DNA of 64,000 bases from contig CAVSHT010000004.1 in NCBI GenBank assembly GCA_963727895.1, forward strand, positions 64,001 to 128,000, read 5' to 3'. The position numbers and the translations under genes are program-made. The notes under the pieces were generated by a model. It made no database searches. It was not told the DNA's origin and was given only the letters and a program-made list of their open reading frames with translations. The DNA is from an uncultured Methanosarcinaceae archaeon (lineage in GTDB: Archaea; Halobacteriota; Methanosarcinia; Methanosarcinales; Methanosarcinaceae). How positions within the stretch are numbered: the first letter of the stretch is position 1; the number at the start of each line of letters is the position of its first letter. Below, piece by piece: positions 54,526 through 64,000 of the stretch.

Positions 54526-54981
54526 TTAAAGCTTAGCTGCATTCAAAGCAATCTTTCGAATTATCTCAATAACAGATTGTAGTTCATCTGATTCAAAATC
54601 CTTGAGCAAAAGTGAATTCAGCTCGGAACCTATTTTCCGCATTTCAGGCTTCATTTTTTTGCCTTTTTCAGTAAGGTAAAGTTTTTTTATTCTTTTGTCT
54701 TCTGGATCTGTTGTACGGTAGACAATACCTTCTTTTTCCATTTTCAGTATAGATTTTGCAATCATTGTTTAATCAAATCCTCTCGACTGTGCAAGGCTAT
54801 CCTGGCTCCGACCTTTCTGGCAATATAGGGCCATCAAGATAGAGAAATGGCCCCATCCTATATTGTATGGAGCCAGTTCCTTCGCAAAATGTTTTTGGAT
54901 AGAAAGATATATAAACGATATCAGTGCGGCAACTTTGTCAATATCCTCGATCCACTGGATAGGTGTTTCTTCTTCATTCAT
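54526..54981 (-). pseudogene. MarR family regulator with an internal TAA
   Basis: GRSQDSLAQSRGFD*TMIAKSILKMEKEGIVYR..DPEDKR...LYLTEKG; one in-frame stop at 54769. Confidence 0.85.
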
Positions 54982-55520
54982 ATTTTTTCACTCATGGCAA
55001 TTCAGCATACTTCTAGCTCTTTGAAAAACTAGTTGAATGGTATACTATTTATAATACATAAACAGTAATAAAATTATTTATTAGTTACAAAGCGTTGTTG
55101 AGGATATAGAAAGACTCCTCTGTATCTAATAAATTTAAGGAACTGCATAGGACCTTGGCAATAAGTTTGTAAAGTAAATTAGAGAAGAAATAGAACGGAA
55201 TAGGATGCCTAATCAGGATGAAGCACATTACCAGCCTATGGAATATTTTGCCAATTAGCAAAATTCAATAAAAAACACTTTGTCCACGATTATGAGTAGT
55301 ATATTTAGTAAAAATTAATAAAAATTCAGCCGATGCTCTGGCTCACATTATTAAAAACTGAAAACACATTAAGAAACGGGAATAAGAGAACTAACCCTTA
55401 TTCTTTATGCTGATCAGAAAGAAAGGTTCAGTTCAGATAGAACTCACTTTACAGAGGGTATGCATGGAGTTCAGTGGGATTATAAAGGAATTTAGAACTA
55501 AGCTGAATTCCTTAAAAATT

Positions 55521-56390
55521 ATGAATAAACTTGAAAAAGCTATGGCTTTCAATGAGGAATTAAATAGTGACTTAGAAGGAAATCATCAAGAAGAAGATCG
55601 AAAAAATAATCCATACAGTAACTCCTCCAGTGATTTTGCCAAAATCTTTAGCGCAGTAAAAAATTCTGAAAAAATAGAAATTCCACTTATCAAACTGACC
55701 GATGTCTGGAAAATTTATCAGATGGGAGAGATTGAGTTTGCAGCTCTTAAAGGAATAAACCTTGAAATTTATGAAGGAGAATTCCTTGTTGTTCTTGGGC
55801 CAAGCGGAAGCGGAAAAAGCACGCTCATGAACCTTCTGGGCTGTCTGGATTTGCCTTCAAAAGGTACTGTTTGTCTGAATTCAAAGGATATTTCAAAACT
55901 TAATGAGTCTGAACTTGCTAATATCAGAGGACAGATGATAGGATTCATTTTCCAGAGCTTTAACCTTATTCCAACTTTAAACACCTATGAAAACGTGCTT
56001 TTACCTCTGGAATTTCAGGAAGAAAATTCATATACAGCTCGAAAAAAAGCCTTATATCTACTTGATGTTATTGGGCTCTCGGAAAAAAATAAGAATCTTC
56101 TTTCTCAACTCTCAGGGGGACAGAGACAGAGAGTTGCAATAGCTCGTTCTCTTGCTGTGAATCCACCCATTATTCTGGCAGATGAACCTACAGGAAACCT
56201 TGATACAAAGACTGGAAACTACATTCTAGACTTCTTGAATGATTTACATGAAAGAGAAGGTAAGACAATTATTATTGTGACTCATGATCTGGATATTGTA
56301 AAATACGCTACAAGAGTTGTGTACATCAGAGATGGCGAGATAGAAAAAATCGAAAAACGAATGAAGATCGAATATGAGGGGTCAAAATGA
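55521..56390 (+). CDS. ABC transporter ATP-binding protein (LolD/MacB-type)
   Basis: [25 protein letters not shown] and VTHD; start uncertain. Confidence 0.92.
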   Translation: MNKLEKAMAFNEELNSDLEGNHQEEDRKNNPYSNSSSDFAKIFSAVKNSEKIEIPLIKLTDVWKIYQMGEIEFAALKGINLEIYEGEFLVVLGPSGSGKSTLMNLLGCLDLPSKGTVCLNSKDISKLNESELANIRGQMIGFIFQSFNLIPTLNTYENVLLPLEFQEENSYTARKKALYLLDVIGLSEKNKNLLSQLSGGQRQRVAIARSLAVNPPIILADEPTGNLDTKTGNYILDFLNDLHEREGKTIIIVTHDLDIVKYATRVVYIRDGEIEKIEKRMKIEYEGSK

Positions 56391-57775
56391 AAAAATTATC
56401 TCTACTAACATTTTTACTTTTGTTTTCAACTTTCCTTTTCCTTTGGGTCGGAACAGCATTTGGTGCTTCAAATGGGAATATAAATTCTGCAGATCTGCAG
56501 GTAAGTGTAACTAATCAAAACCCTGACACTGCTAGGCCTGGGGAACCTGTTGAACTTACTCTCAGCATTCAGAATATAGGAAATACTGACCTGAAAGACA
56601 TAAATGTTGCACTCAATCCAGAATATCCATTCAGCCAAATTTCTGGAGAAGACTTTGAAAAGGATATCTCTTTTCTAAATGCACGTCAGGAGGATGATGA
56701 AGCTGGAGTTCTGAAATTCAGACTTATGACCGATGCAAATGCTTCCGAAGGCACTTATAATCTCGATATTGTCACCACTTATAAAAGCTCAGGGTCTTCA
56801 GAAACTACTTACACCACTACAAAAACAATCCAGGTTCAAGTTCAAGGTAAAGAATACGCTCAGGTTGTAACTGTTAGCAAGGCTGATATTGACATAGCAA
56901 AGGAAGAACCTCTAGAGTTTGTTGTTACAAATACAGGAACTTCTCCCTTGAAAAATCTGGTTTTCTCCTGGAATGATCCAAAAGGCATTATTTTGCCTGT
57001 ATATTCAGATAACACAAAATACATTAAGTATCTAGATGTCGGCCAATCTGTAAAAGTTGACTATACTGTAATGGCAGACGTAAGTGCTACTCCCGGACTT
57101 TATCCCTTGAATGTAAATCTTTCATATGAAGACAATGAATCCAACGCAAAAATCATTAAGACTACAGCAGGCATTTTTGTAGGAGGAGCAACGGATTTTG
57201 ACGTTTCTTTCTCGGAAAGCAGTGCTGGAGAGACTTCTCTCTCAGTAGCAAACGTGGGTAATAACATAGCATATGCTGTAAAAGTTTCTATTCCCGATCA
57301 AGACGGATACCAAGTGTTAGGAAGTCCGTCAACAATTGTGGGAAATTTAGAGAAGGGAGATTATACAATTGCATCTTTTAATATCACAAACACATGGGAT
57401 GGAAATAGTAATTCAGGGACATCACTTGATACTGCAAATAAAAGGTATGCAGCAGGAGATAATGCAAGTTCATCTTCAATGAACTCAAATCCATTAAAAG
57501 TCCAGATTGAATATACAGATGCAAAAGGAGAAAGAATAACAGTTGACAAAGATGTAGTAATCCAGATGTCTGCATCTATGGGATTTGGCACTGGAGATGG
57601 GACAGGGACACGAGGTAACAGGAGCAGTGGTCTCAGTTCAAATCTGCTATATATTTTAGGAATAGTGATTGTAGGTGCAGGAGTTTTCCTGTATCGCAAA
57701 CGAAAAAAAGGAGCTAAAAAAGCTGATGGTAAAACATCCTTAGATGACTCCAGTTTAGGAATGTCAAAGTATTGA
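56387..57775 (+). CDS. COG1361-type S-layer-domain membrane-anchored protein
   Basis: Signal peptide, Ig-like repeats (NQNPDTARPGEPVEL..QNIG), C-terminal TM plus basic tail; ATGA overlap with the ATPase gene. Confidence 0.85.
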   Translation: MKKLSLLTFLLLFSTFLFLWVGTAFGASNGNINSADLQVSVTNQNPDTARPGEPVELTLSIQNIGNTDLKDINVALNPEYPFSQISGEDFEKDISFLNARQEDDEAGVLKFRLMTDANASEGTYNLDIVTTYKSSGSSETTYTTTKTIQVQVQGKEYAQVVTVSKADIDIAKEEPLEFVVTNTGTSPLKNLVFSWNDPKGIILPVYSDNTKYIKYLDVGQSVKVDYTVMADVSATPGLYPLNVNLSYEDNESNAKIIKTTAGIFVGGATDFDVSFSESSAGETSLSVANVGNNIAYAVKVSIPDQDGYQVLGSPSTIVGNLEKGDYTIASFNITNTWDGNSNSGTSLDTANKRYAAGDNASSSSMNSNPLKVQIEYTDAKGERITVDKDVVIQMSASMGFGTGDGTGTRGNRSSGLSSNLLYILGIVIVGAGVFLYRKRKKGAKKADGKTSLDDSSLGMSKY

Positions 57776-57803
57776 AAAGACAGAAAAACTGGAGGAATGC
57801 TCA

Positions 57804-58123
57804 ATTAGAAATGGAACTTACTCAAAATTGGCTTTGAATATGCTCGTGCACAGCAAACTTAGAAGCTGGCTTACTATCATTGGAATCGTAATAGGAGTTG
57901 GCGCAGTAGTAGGAGGGATAGTCTCTCTGGGGGATGCTATGCAGGCACAGGTGCAAAGCAGGCTTGCAACCTTAGATTTAGCGCACATCACCATCTCACC
58001 AGGATATTCAAGAGCTCAAGCAGGAGGGTTTGGTGGATTTAGAAGAGGAACTACTACAAATGATGTTCAGTTGACAGATAAAGATATTGATGCGCTCCGT
58101 GGTATAGCAGATCTAAAATATAT
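57804..58123 (+). pseudogene. ABC transporter permease (MacB/FtsX-type), truncated by IS1
   Basis: KLRSWLTIIGIVIGVGAVV...SLG, cut off at the IS1 terminus. Confidence 0.88.
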
Positions 58124-58620
58124 GGTATTGTTACTTAAATATATCTAGTTCTTTATTTCTTTATTTCATCAATAGAAGAACCGAGTACTTTAGCATTTCA
58201 AGACTCTTCGTATAACACTTTGTCTTTCTTCTTAATCTTGCTAGAAAATGCCTCAATATGCTGTTATATCTCTCAACTGTAAATGTTTCTGCTTTTGATT
58301 GAGTATGAATCTTTTCTGGAAGAAACTCTGCATATGCTCTCCAGTGATCTGTCATCACTTCTCCAATGTCTTTTTTCTTCAATTTTTCCCAGAGTAGTTT
58401 TCCAGTTTCCGTTCCTCTGCTGCCAAAAGAGCAGTTGATGAACTTTTTCCCAACTCTATCAACAGCAATCCAGATCCAGCAATATTTTTTTTGTTACCGA
58501 CGTAAGTGTGCATCTCATCCATTTCAACAATAGATATCTCACTTTCACTTTTTAGGTTCTCTAACTCCTGACCAAATTTCTTTATCTATTTTTGGACAGA
58601 AACATGACTTACCCCTAAAA

Positions 58621-60150
58621 CGCACATGATATTCTTCGAATAACAAGCACAACTAATGAAAGTACTCTCCGTTCTTTTTTTTGACTATTAAGCCCTCATT
58701 ACCTTGGGCAGTAAGGTTGTCTCGATTTTGGTTTTTCAAAACCGTCCTAAAACTAATCAGTGAATTGCCATCGAAGGCTCAAGTGTGACTTTGATCACGG
58801 ATGCTAAGTTGGCCTTTTAGGCAATTCCACTGCCCAAATAAATTTGGTGATCTAATTTGATTGAAGTCATAAACAAAGCTTGTGGTTTAGACATTCACAA
58901 ACTCTTTTTCATTGCTACAATTCTCAGCAGATCTGGTGAAAAACAACAGCAACGTTTCAACAGAGACGATGAAGGAATTTTAGCCCCTAAAAATTGGGTA
59001 ATATCAGAAAAATGTGATGTTGTTGCATGTGAATCAACCAGCTACTTTTGGGTTCCGATTCATGATTCATTGGTAAAGCATCTAACTGTGATAGTTGGAA
59101 ATGCGCGAGATATGAAGGTATTTACCCATAAAAAACAGATAAAATTGACTCAGAAGTCATTGCACAACTTGCACTTAATAATATGATTCAGCCATCAAGA
59201 GTTTTTCCAAAGGATCATATAGATTTTAGATCATATGTTCGACTTCGGTTAACACTTGTACAAAAAAGAACAGATTTAAAAAATAAAGCTCACTCAATTC
59301 TTGCATCTGAAATTCAATTCTTGCATCTGAAATGCTACACCTGAATAATGTGCTGACAGACGTTTTTGGCAAGAATGGCAGAATGATCTTATTAGGAATC
59401 TCTTCAGGTAAGAGTGTTGATCAGATTATTGCAAGCCTCTCTCCAAATGTTCGGAAAAAAGCTGCTCAGATAAGAGAAATTCTTGATCGAGAAATTTCTC
59501 AAAGTGCTGCATTCAGACTTCAGATCTGTCTGAAACTCATAAAAAGTCTTGATGATGAACTCGAAGCTTTAGAAACAGAAATTTTCAATTATGCTTCTCG
59601 AAATCATAAGCGAGAAATGGAGATTTTAATGTCAGTTCCAGGTATAGGGGAACTTGGTGCGGCAATTTTACTTGCTGAAATAGGCAACTTTAAGGATTTT
59701 TCTTCTGGAAATAAGCTTGCTTCTTGGCTTGGTCTAGTTCCTAATGTGTATCAATCTGCAGATAAATACTATAACGGCAGAATCACAAAGAGGGGATCAA
59801 AAGTAGCAAGGTGGATTCTGACACAGATTGCTCAAGCAGCAGCAAGAAAGAAGAATAGCAGGTTAAAAGAGTTTTTTAACAGAAAAAAGAAGTCGATTGG
59901 ACATGCAAAAACAATTATTGCCTTAGCAAGGAAAATTGCAACGATACTATGGCATCTTATTACAAACGATGAGATGGACGAAGATGAAACCGGATATCAA
60001 AAGGGAGAAATCCAAAAGAGAAAGATTATTGAAACTGAGCTTTTTTCGGTTGATGAACGGATTAAAATAATTAGTGGAATATTTGCGATTATGGGGAAAA
60101 AGGATCAAGAGAGCACGTGAGGATAATCTCCTCATGTACTTTCATGCTAA
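58621..60150 (+). mobile_element. IS110-family element (copy B), full length, transposase frameshifted (58857-60120)
   Basis: CGLDIHK, CESTS, SVPGIG and GLVP..YQSA...G.ITKRGS motifs. Frameshifts at an A run (~59130) and a 20-bp duplication (~59294-59333). Sub-terminal IR ATGAAAGTAC/GTACTTTCAT. Confidence 0.92.
58704..58837 (+). ncRNA. Candidate IS110 bridge/seek RNA (copy B)
   Basis: 9-bp closing stem and two hairpin/internal-loop units whose loop sequences match the insertion site and the element end; TATA-like ACTATTAAG upstream. Confidence 0.65.
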
Positions 60151-60486
60151 ATCATCCTATTGAGCGAAAGCCCAATCCTTCAAGATAGAGTTGTAAAGCC
60201 TGTCTTTTTACAGAAGCGGAAAAAGCAGTTGATTTTAGCTCTACTGTATAGTTATATCCACAATCAGAGCATTTGTACCGTTGACGCCCGCCAACTATAC
60301 CATTCTTTTTGTGATTAGAACTATTACATTTTGGGCAGTTCATGAAGAAATAGAGGTTCTCATAATAAATAACTATAGTTAATTATCAAAGCCTTATTTT
60401 GCATATTTGTTATATTTCTATGAGAAGTATGTTTATCTATAAATAAATTAATATTAACTTGTTAACCAGTAGAAGAGGCGCATGAG

Positions 60487-62175
60487 TTGAAGATAACAAA
60501 GATAACTGCTTATGTGATTGTATTTTTGTTAATAGTATTAGCAGCACTAATTTGTATTAGAGGATTCGGCTTTTACTCTAATAGAAACAACTCAGAAATA
60601 AATAATAATTGCAATCAAGACACTCTTACTTTACTTTCACAGAATTATTCTGAAGTAAGTAACATTCCAAGCAATATTTTTATTGACAAAATTGAAAATG
60701 CTACTAATCCTAACAACTCACATTCGATGCTCTCTGGAAACGAGAAATCGGAAATCTTTTTAGATAATGTTTCAAAAGAGTTAGTATACGCAACTACAAG
60801 AAGTTCTAATGACTCGTCAACTCCAATAGCTAACCACGCAGCTGAAAGACTCAAGAATAAGTCTCTTTATATATGTAATTTTACTCCGATGTTTAAATGC
60901 ACATATGATATCTCTATGGGTATAAGCACAGACAATTCACTAAGTTATATAGAACTTTATAGTCCAGGGTCAAAGCTGGTAATCCGTGAAGTAAATAGCA
61001 ACACTGTATTGAAAAGTTATTTCCAAAATGTTTCAGGGAGTATGAAGTCTAAAACTATAACTATCGGTAATGCTGAGAAATCAAATTTAAAAATTATTTT
61101 TGATGGAGTGAACAAGACAAATACTATCGTCACAGAAAATGGCAACTATATAATTACACCATTTTATAAAATTGATAGACAAAAGTTGCCATATGTCGAT
61201 TTTTCAAATGGATATATCAAGTTTATATCTTTTATCGATGGAAATGGAAAATATCTTGATGTTAATTTATTCAGCATAAGCCAGAAAGCAAACCGTAAAT
61301 TAATAACTCCAATTGGAGATAGCAAAATGATTGCATATGGGCTTGACGGTCCTTATCCGAGAAATCTGACTGGACAGGGAATTAATTATCTTAATAGTAA
61401 AGGTGATAGTGGCACAATCTGGTTTGATGTGGGAAATATTGCTAAATGCAATCAAACAGATCTTGAATATTTACGGAATCTAGTTACTAATGATTCATGG
61501 GGAGTAGGTATACATTTCTCTAAAGGGCTAGGTACTCTTCCTCCTGATGAAGTTAATAAGACAATAGATACGGAATATGAATACGTTTATGAAAAAATAG
61601 GGAAAAAACCAACAAGTTGGTGCTCCTTGAGAAATAACGATAGTATAAGCCAGGCAATTTATGCATATGATAAATACGGAATGTACTGGAGAAATGGAGA
61701 TTCAGGAGTCGAGGCAGAAGAAATTATTGGGAATTTAGATGATGACACATGGCCTTGGTGGGAACTGGCATCTCATGCAGGAATGACTCATCCAGTTTTT
61801 ACACATCAAACAGACAAAGAGCCAGCTATAAAATATTCAATAAGTATATCGAAATTAAAGACCTGGGTAGATAATTATTATTCAAATAATATATCTATAG
61901 TACCATTTTATGAATACAGTCTAATAAATCGCAATACACATGATGCATATTTTGATAATATAAGATCTAACGAAACTTTTACCAAATTTGATGCACATAC
62001 AAATGGTTTCAGGTCTCTAATAAATGTGGCTATAAGTGCTGGAAATAATACAAAAGTTTATGACGATACAGTAGATAAATATTTAAATTTCAAGGTGGAA
62101 GCGGATAAATCAATTACTTTTTGGGTTGAAAACAATCATACTTATGATGTATACTGTTCTTTTACCTCAAAATAA
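60487..62175 (+). CDS. Membrane-anchored protein with a C-terminal polysaccharide-deacetylase-like barrel
   Basis: N-terminal TM; YGLDG, GTIWF, WGVGIHF and VFTH pattern resembling NodB/CE4 folds. Confidence 0.6.
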   Translation: MKITKITAYVIVFLLIVLAALICIRGFGFYSNRNNSEINNNCNQDTLTLLSQNYSEVSNIPSNIFIDKIENATNPNNSHSMLSGNEKSEIFLDNVSKELVYATTRSSNDSSTPIANHAAERLKNKSLYICNFTPMFKCTYDISMGISTDNSLSYIELYSPGSKLVIREVNSNTVLKSYFQNVSGSMKSKTITIGNAEKSNLKIIFDGVNKTNTIVTENGNYIITPFYKIDRQKLPYVDFSNGYIKFISFIDGNGKYLDVNLFSISQKANRKLITPIGDSKMIAYGLDGPYPRNLTGQGINYLNSKGDSGTIWFDVGNIAKCNQTDLEYLRNLVTNDSWGVGIHFSKGLGTLPPDEVNKTIDTEYEYVYEKIGKKPTSWCSLRNNDSISQAIYAYDKYGMYWRNGDSGVEAEEIIGNLDDDTWPWWELASHAGMTHPVFTHQTDKEPAIKYSISISKLKTWVDNYYSNNISIVPFYEYSLINRNTHDAYFDNIRSNETFTKFDAHTNGFRSLINVAISAGNNTKVYDDTVDKYLNFKVEADKSITFWVENNHTYDVYCSFTSK

Positions 62176-62317
62176 TTTTTATGGCTTTGATACTGAAATA
62201 TAGTTATTTATTATGAGAACCGGTTCCGTTGCAAAAAAATTATGAAAGGAATTTAGTGAAATAAGTAAAAAGTTAAGAGGGTGCCGTTGCAAAAAAATTA
62301 TGAAAGGAATTTACCTT

Positions 62318-62429
62318 GACTATGTCACATTACAAGGTAAAACGTTATCATTAGATCTCATATCCCAAGTATATTGTTCATAGTGAAATCGATAACTGCA
62401 ATGGAATAACTGTCTAATTTGACATAGTC
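62318..62429. mobile_element. GACTATGTCA-ended MITE
   Basis: Copy of 53923-54033. Confidence 0.8.
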
Positions 62430-62546
62430 GAGTTAAGTTTAAAAACTAATTTGAAAGCTTCATAATAAATAACTATAAAAAGTAGAATTTATATAATAAA
62501 AAAGATTGATGCTTTTTTAATAAATGTATGTTTATCAAATAATAAT

Positions 62547-62678
62547 GAGCCTATCCGAAAAGTCAGTAATGCATGTTGAAATGTCACAATAGGTCTATAG
62601 CATCAAAGTATCCGTTCCGGTTTTTGAGTATTGCATATTGTAAAAGTCATAGCAAGTAACCACTTTTCGGATAGGCTC
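62547..62678. mobile_element. GAGCCTATCCGAAAAG-ended MITE
   Basis: Perfect 17-bp terminal IRs. Confidence 0.85.
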
Positions 62679-62814
62679 TTAGAGGACTTCTTCAGAGCCG
62701 TATTTTTGGTACTGTGTAGTCTATGGGGTCTGAGAAAACTTTTGGCATCCAGTAACATCTGTCAAAAGGGCAAATCCCATCAACTACACAGGACCTTAAC
62801 TTCTCTGTGTAGTT

Positions 62815-63084
62815 TTAGTACCAGGATGGTCCCATGTAGACTGTTTTGTATACATAGATAACAGTCCATTGGTTGTTCCTGAACTCTCTGTGGCCTACTC
62901 TGTGTTTTTCCCAGTGACCTGGATGAAAGTGTTTGTGGTCGTTGTCGAATTTCTTGTCATTGTCACCGAATTTCTTGATATCTTTATTTACTGTATTTGG
63001 TGTTGCGCCTACTGTTGCAGCTGTCACTGACATTACAAAACAGAGTGCCAGCAAAATACCGAGTATTTTTTTTATTCTTAACAT
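62815..63084 (-). CDS. Small secreted His/Lys-rich protein (89 aa)
   Basis: MLRIKKILGILLALCFVMSVTAATVGA signal; HKHFHPGHWEKH. Confidence 0.7.
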   Translation of the reverse strand: MLRIKKILGILLALCFVMSVTAATVGATPNTVNKDIKKFGDNDKKFDNDHKHFHPGHWEKHRVGHREFRNNQWTVIYVYKTVYMGPSWY

Positions 63085-63685
63085 TTTTTTTCCTCTGAAA
63101 TATTTCAAAAAAACCTCCTTTTCTGCTGGTTGTTTATATAAAGTGTATAAACAATTTGTTGAAATCAAAGGTTTATCGAAATTCTTTTTATTGATCAATT
63201 TCGGACTATACAGATGAAATGAAAAATCAAATACAGCCACCTATAACTTTTGCGAGTTCAATTGCATAAATCCTATTTTGATCAACTTAGTCTTGTTGAT
63301 TCTATGTCAACAGTTCCTAAAGCAATTAGATAAAATATAATATTACTTATATACTCAAAAAAAGTATAATTTATTTTTAAATACGTTATTTGAGCTCTAA
63401 TTTCAAAAAAATCAGTAAATACTAAAATTAATTCTTTTTAGGGCAATTTTAGGCATTATTTACTAAAGAGGACGCAAATTTGCCTTTTATTTTTTATATA
63501 TTATTTATCAATTAATTATAAACCAAGCTATAAAAATTGAAAGTCTGAGAAATGAACTTACAAAACTTAAAGGATTGCAATTAAACCAAGATGACGAGTT
63601 AAATATAGGACCTACAAAGCATTTGATATCACTCTCCAAATAAAAGTTTTAAATGGGTCTACATTTAATAACTATGTACTTTTTG

Positions 63686-63834
63686 GGTTCTTTTGCAAAA
63701 AAATGGTTGGTTTACAGAGTAAGTAAAAAAAGTTACAATTAGATAAGTTAATTATTCTCATTACTAAGAAAAATGATAAATAAAAATGCCAATTATAGCT
63801 TCAAAGTGTAAGAGATGAATTTTTGCAACGAACC
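63686..63834. mobile_element. Diverged ~150-bp IS6-ended MITE
   Basis: Degenerate IRs at both ends, same length class. Confidence 0.6.
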
Positions 63835-64000
63835 CTAAAATAATAAAGACTATTGGACTTATCTCAAAAGGACAATGGAATAGCCAAGATTTTTTGCAAC
63901 GGAACCGATATATTCACTTAAAGTAATAACCGTGACTTGCGGCAAATTGAAAGATCTCATTGATTGCAGCTGTTATACTTTCGTTAGTCAGAGTAGTTAA

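Larger units (their letters stand above)
58124..60393 (-). mobile_element. IS1-family element interrupted by IS110
   Basis: insB part 58124-58620 and insA part 60151-60343 rejoin to give the IS1 sequence; termini at both ends. Confidence 0.92.

Noticed and set aside
62222..62312. Tandem 34-bp repeat as a regulatory array
   Set aside because: Both units begin with the IS6 IR; they are stacked element ends.

Overview
AT-rich accessory region of a methanogenic archaeon, very probably Methanosarcina. This is inferred from an F420-reducing [NiFe] hydrogenase operon, beta-propeller/PKD/COG1361 surface proteins and TATA-box promoters. The window is a mosaic of cargo genes separated by a dense field of insertion sequences: about 38 hand-counted IS6-family terminal repeats (GGTTCCGTTGCAAAAA) with only one intact IS6 transposase, several IS1 copies, one IS701, two IS110 elements and at least five MITE families. 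Cargo includes an frh/fre-type hydrogenase operon lacking an intact frhD, CopB, a Fic protein, a relic of an integrated element, a flippase, a 13-kb TetR-controlled oxidoreductase/flavodoxin cluster with eight visible operator-like boxes, MFS/MarR, a secreted HEAT-repeat protein, a papain-like surface protease and a truncated ABC exporter. The most notable signal is that both IS110 elements carry a conserved ~133-nt structured non-coding segment. Its variable internal-loop sequences match each element's own insertion site and (for one copy) its own end, making it a candidate archaeal bridge/seek RNA, apparently programmed in one copy against the resident IS1. No tRNA, rRNA or CRISPR array was seen. 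All calls are by eye, without database searches.
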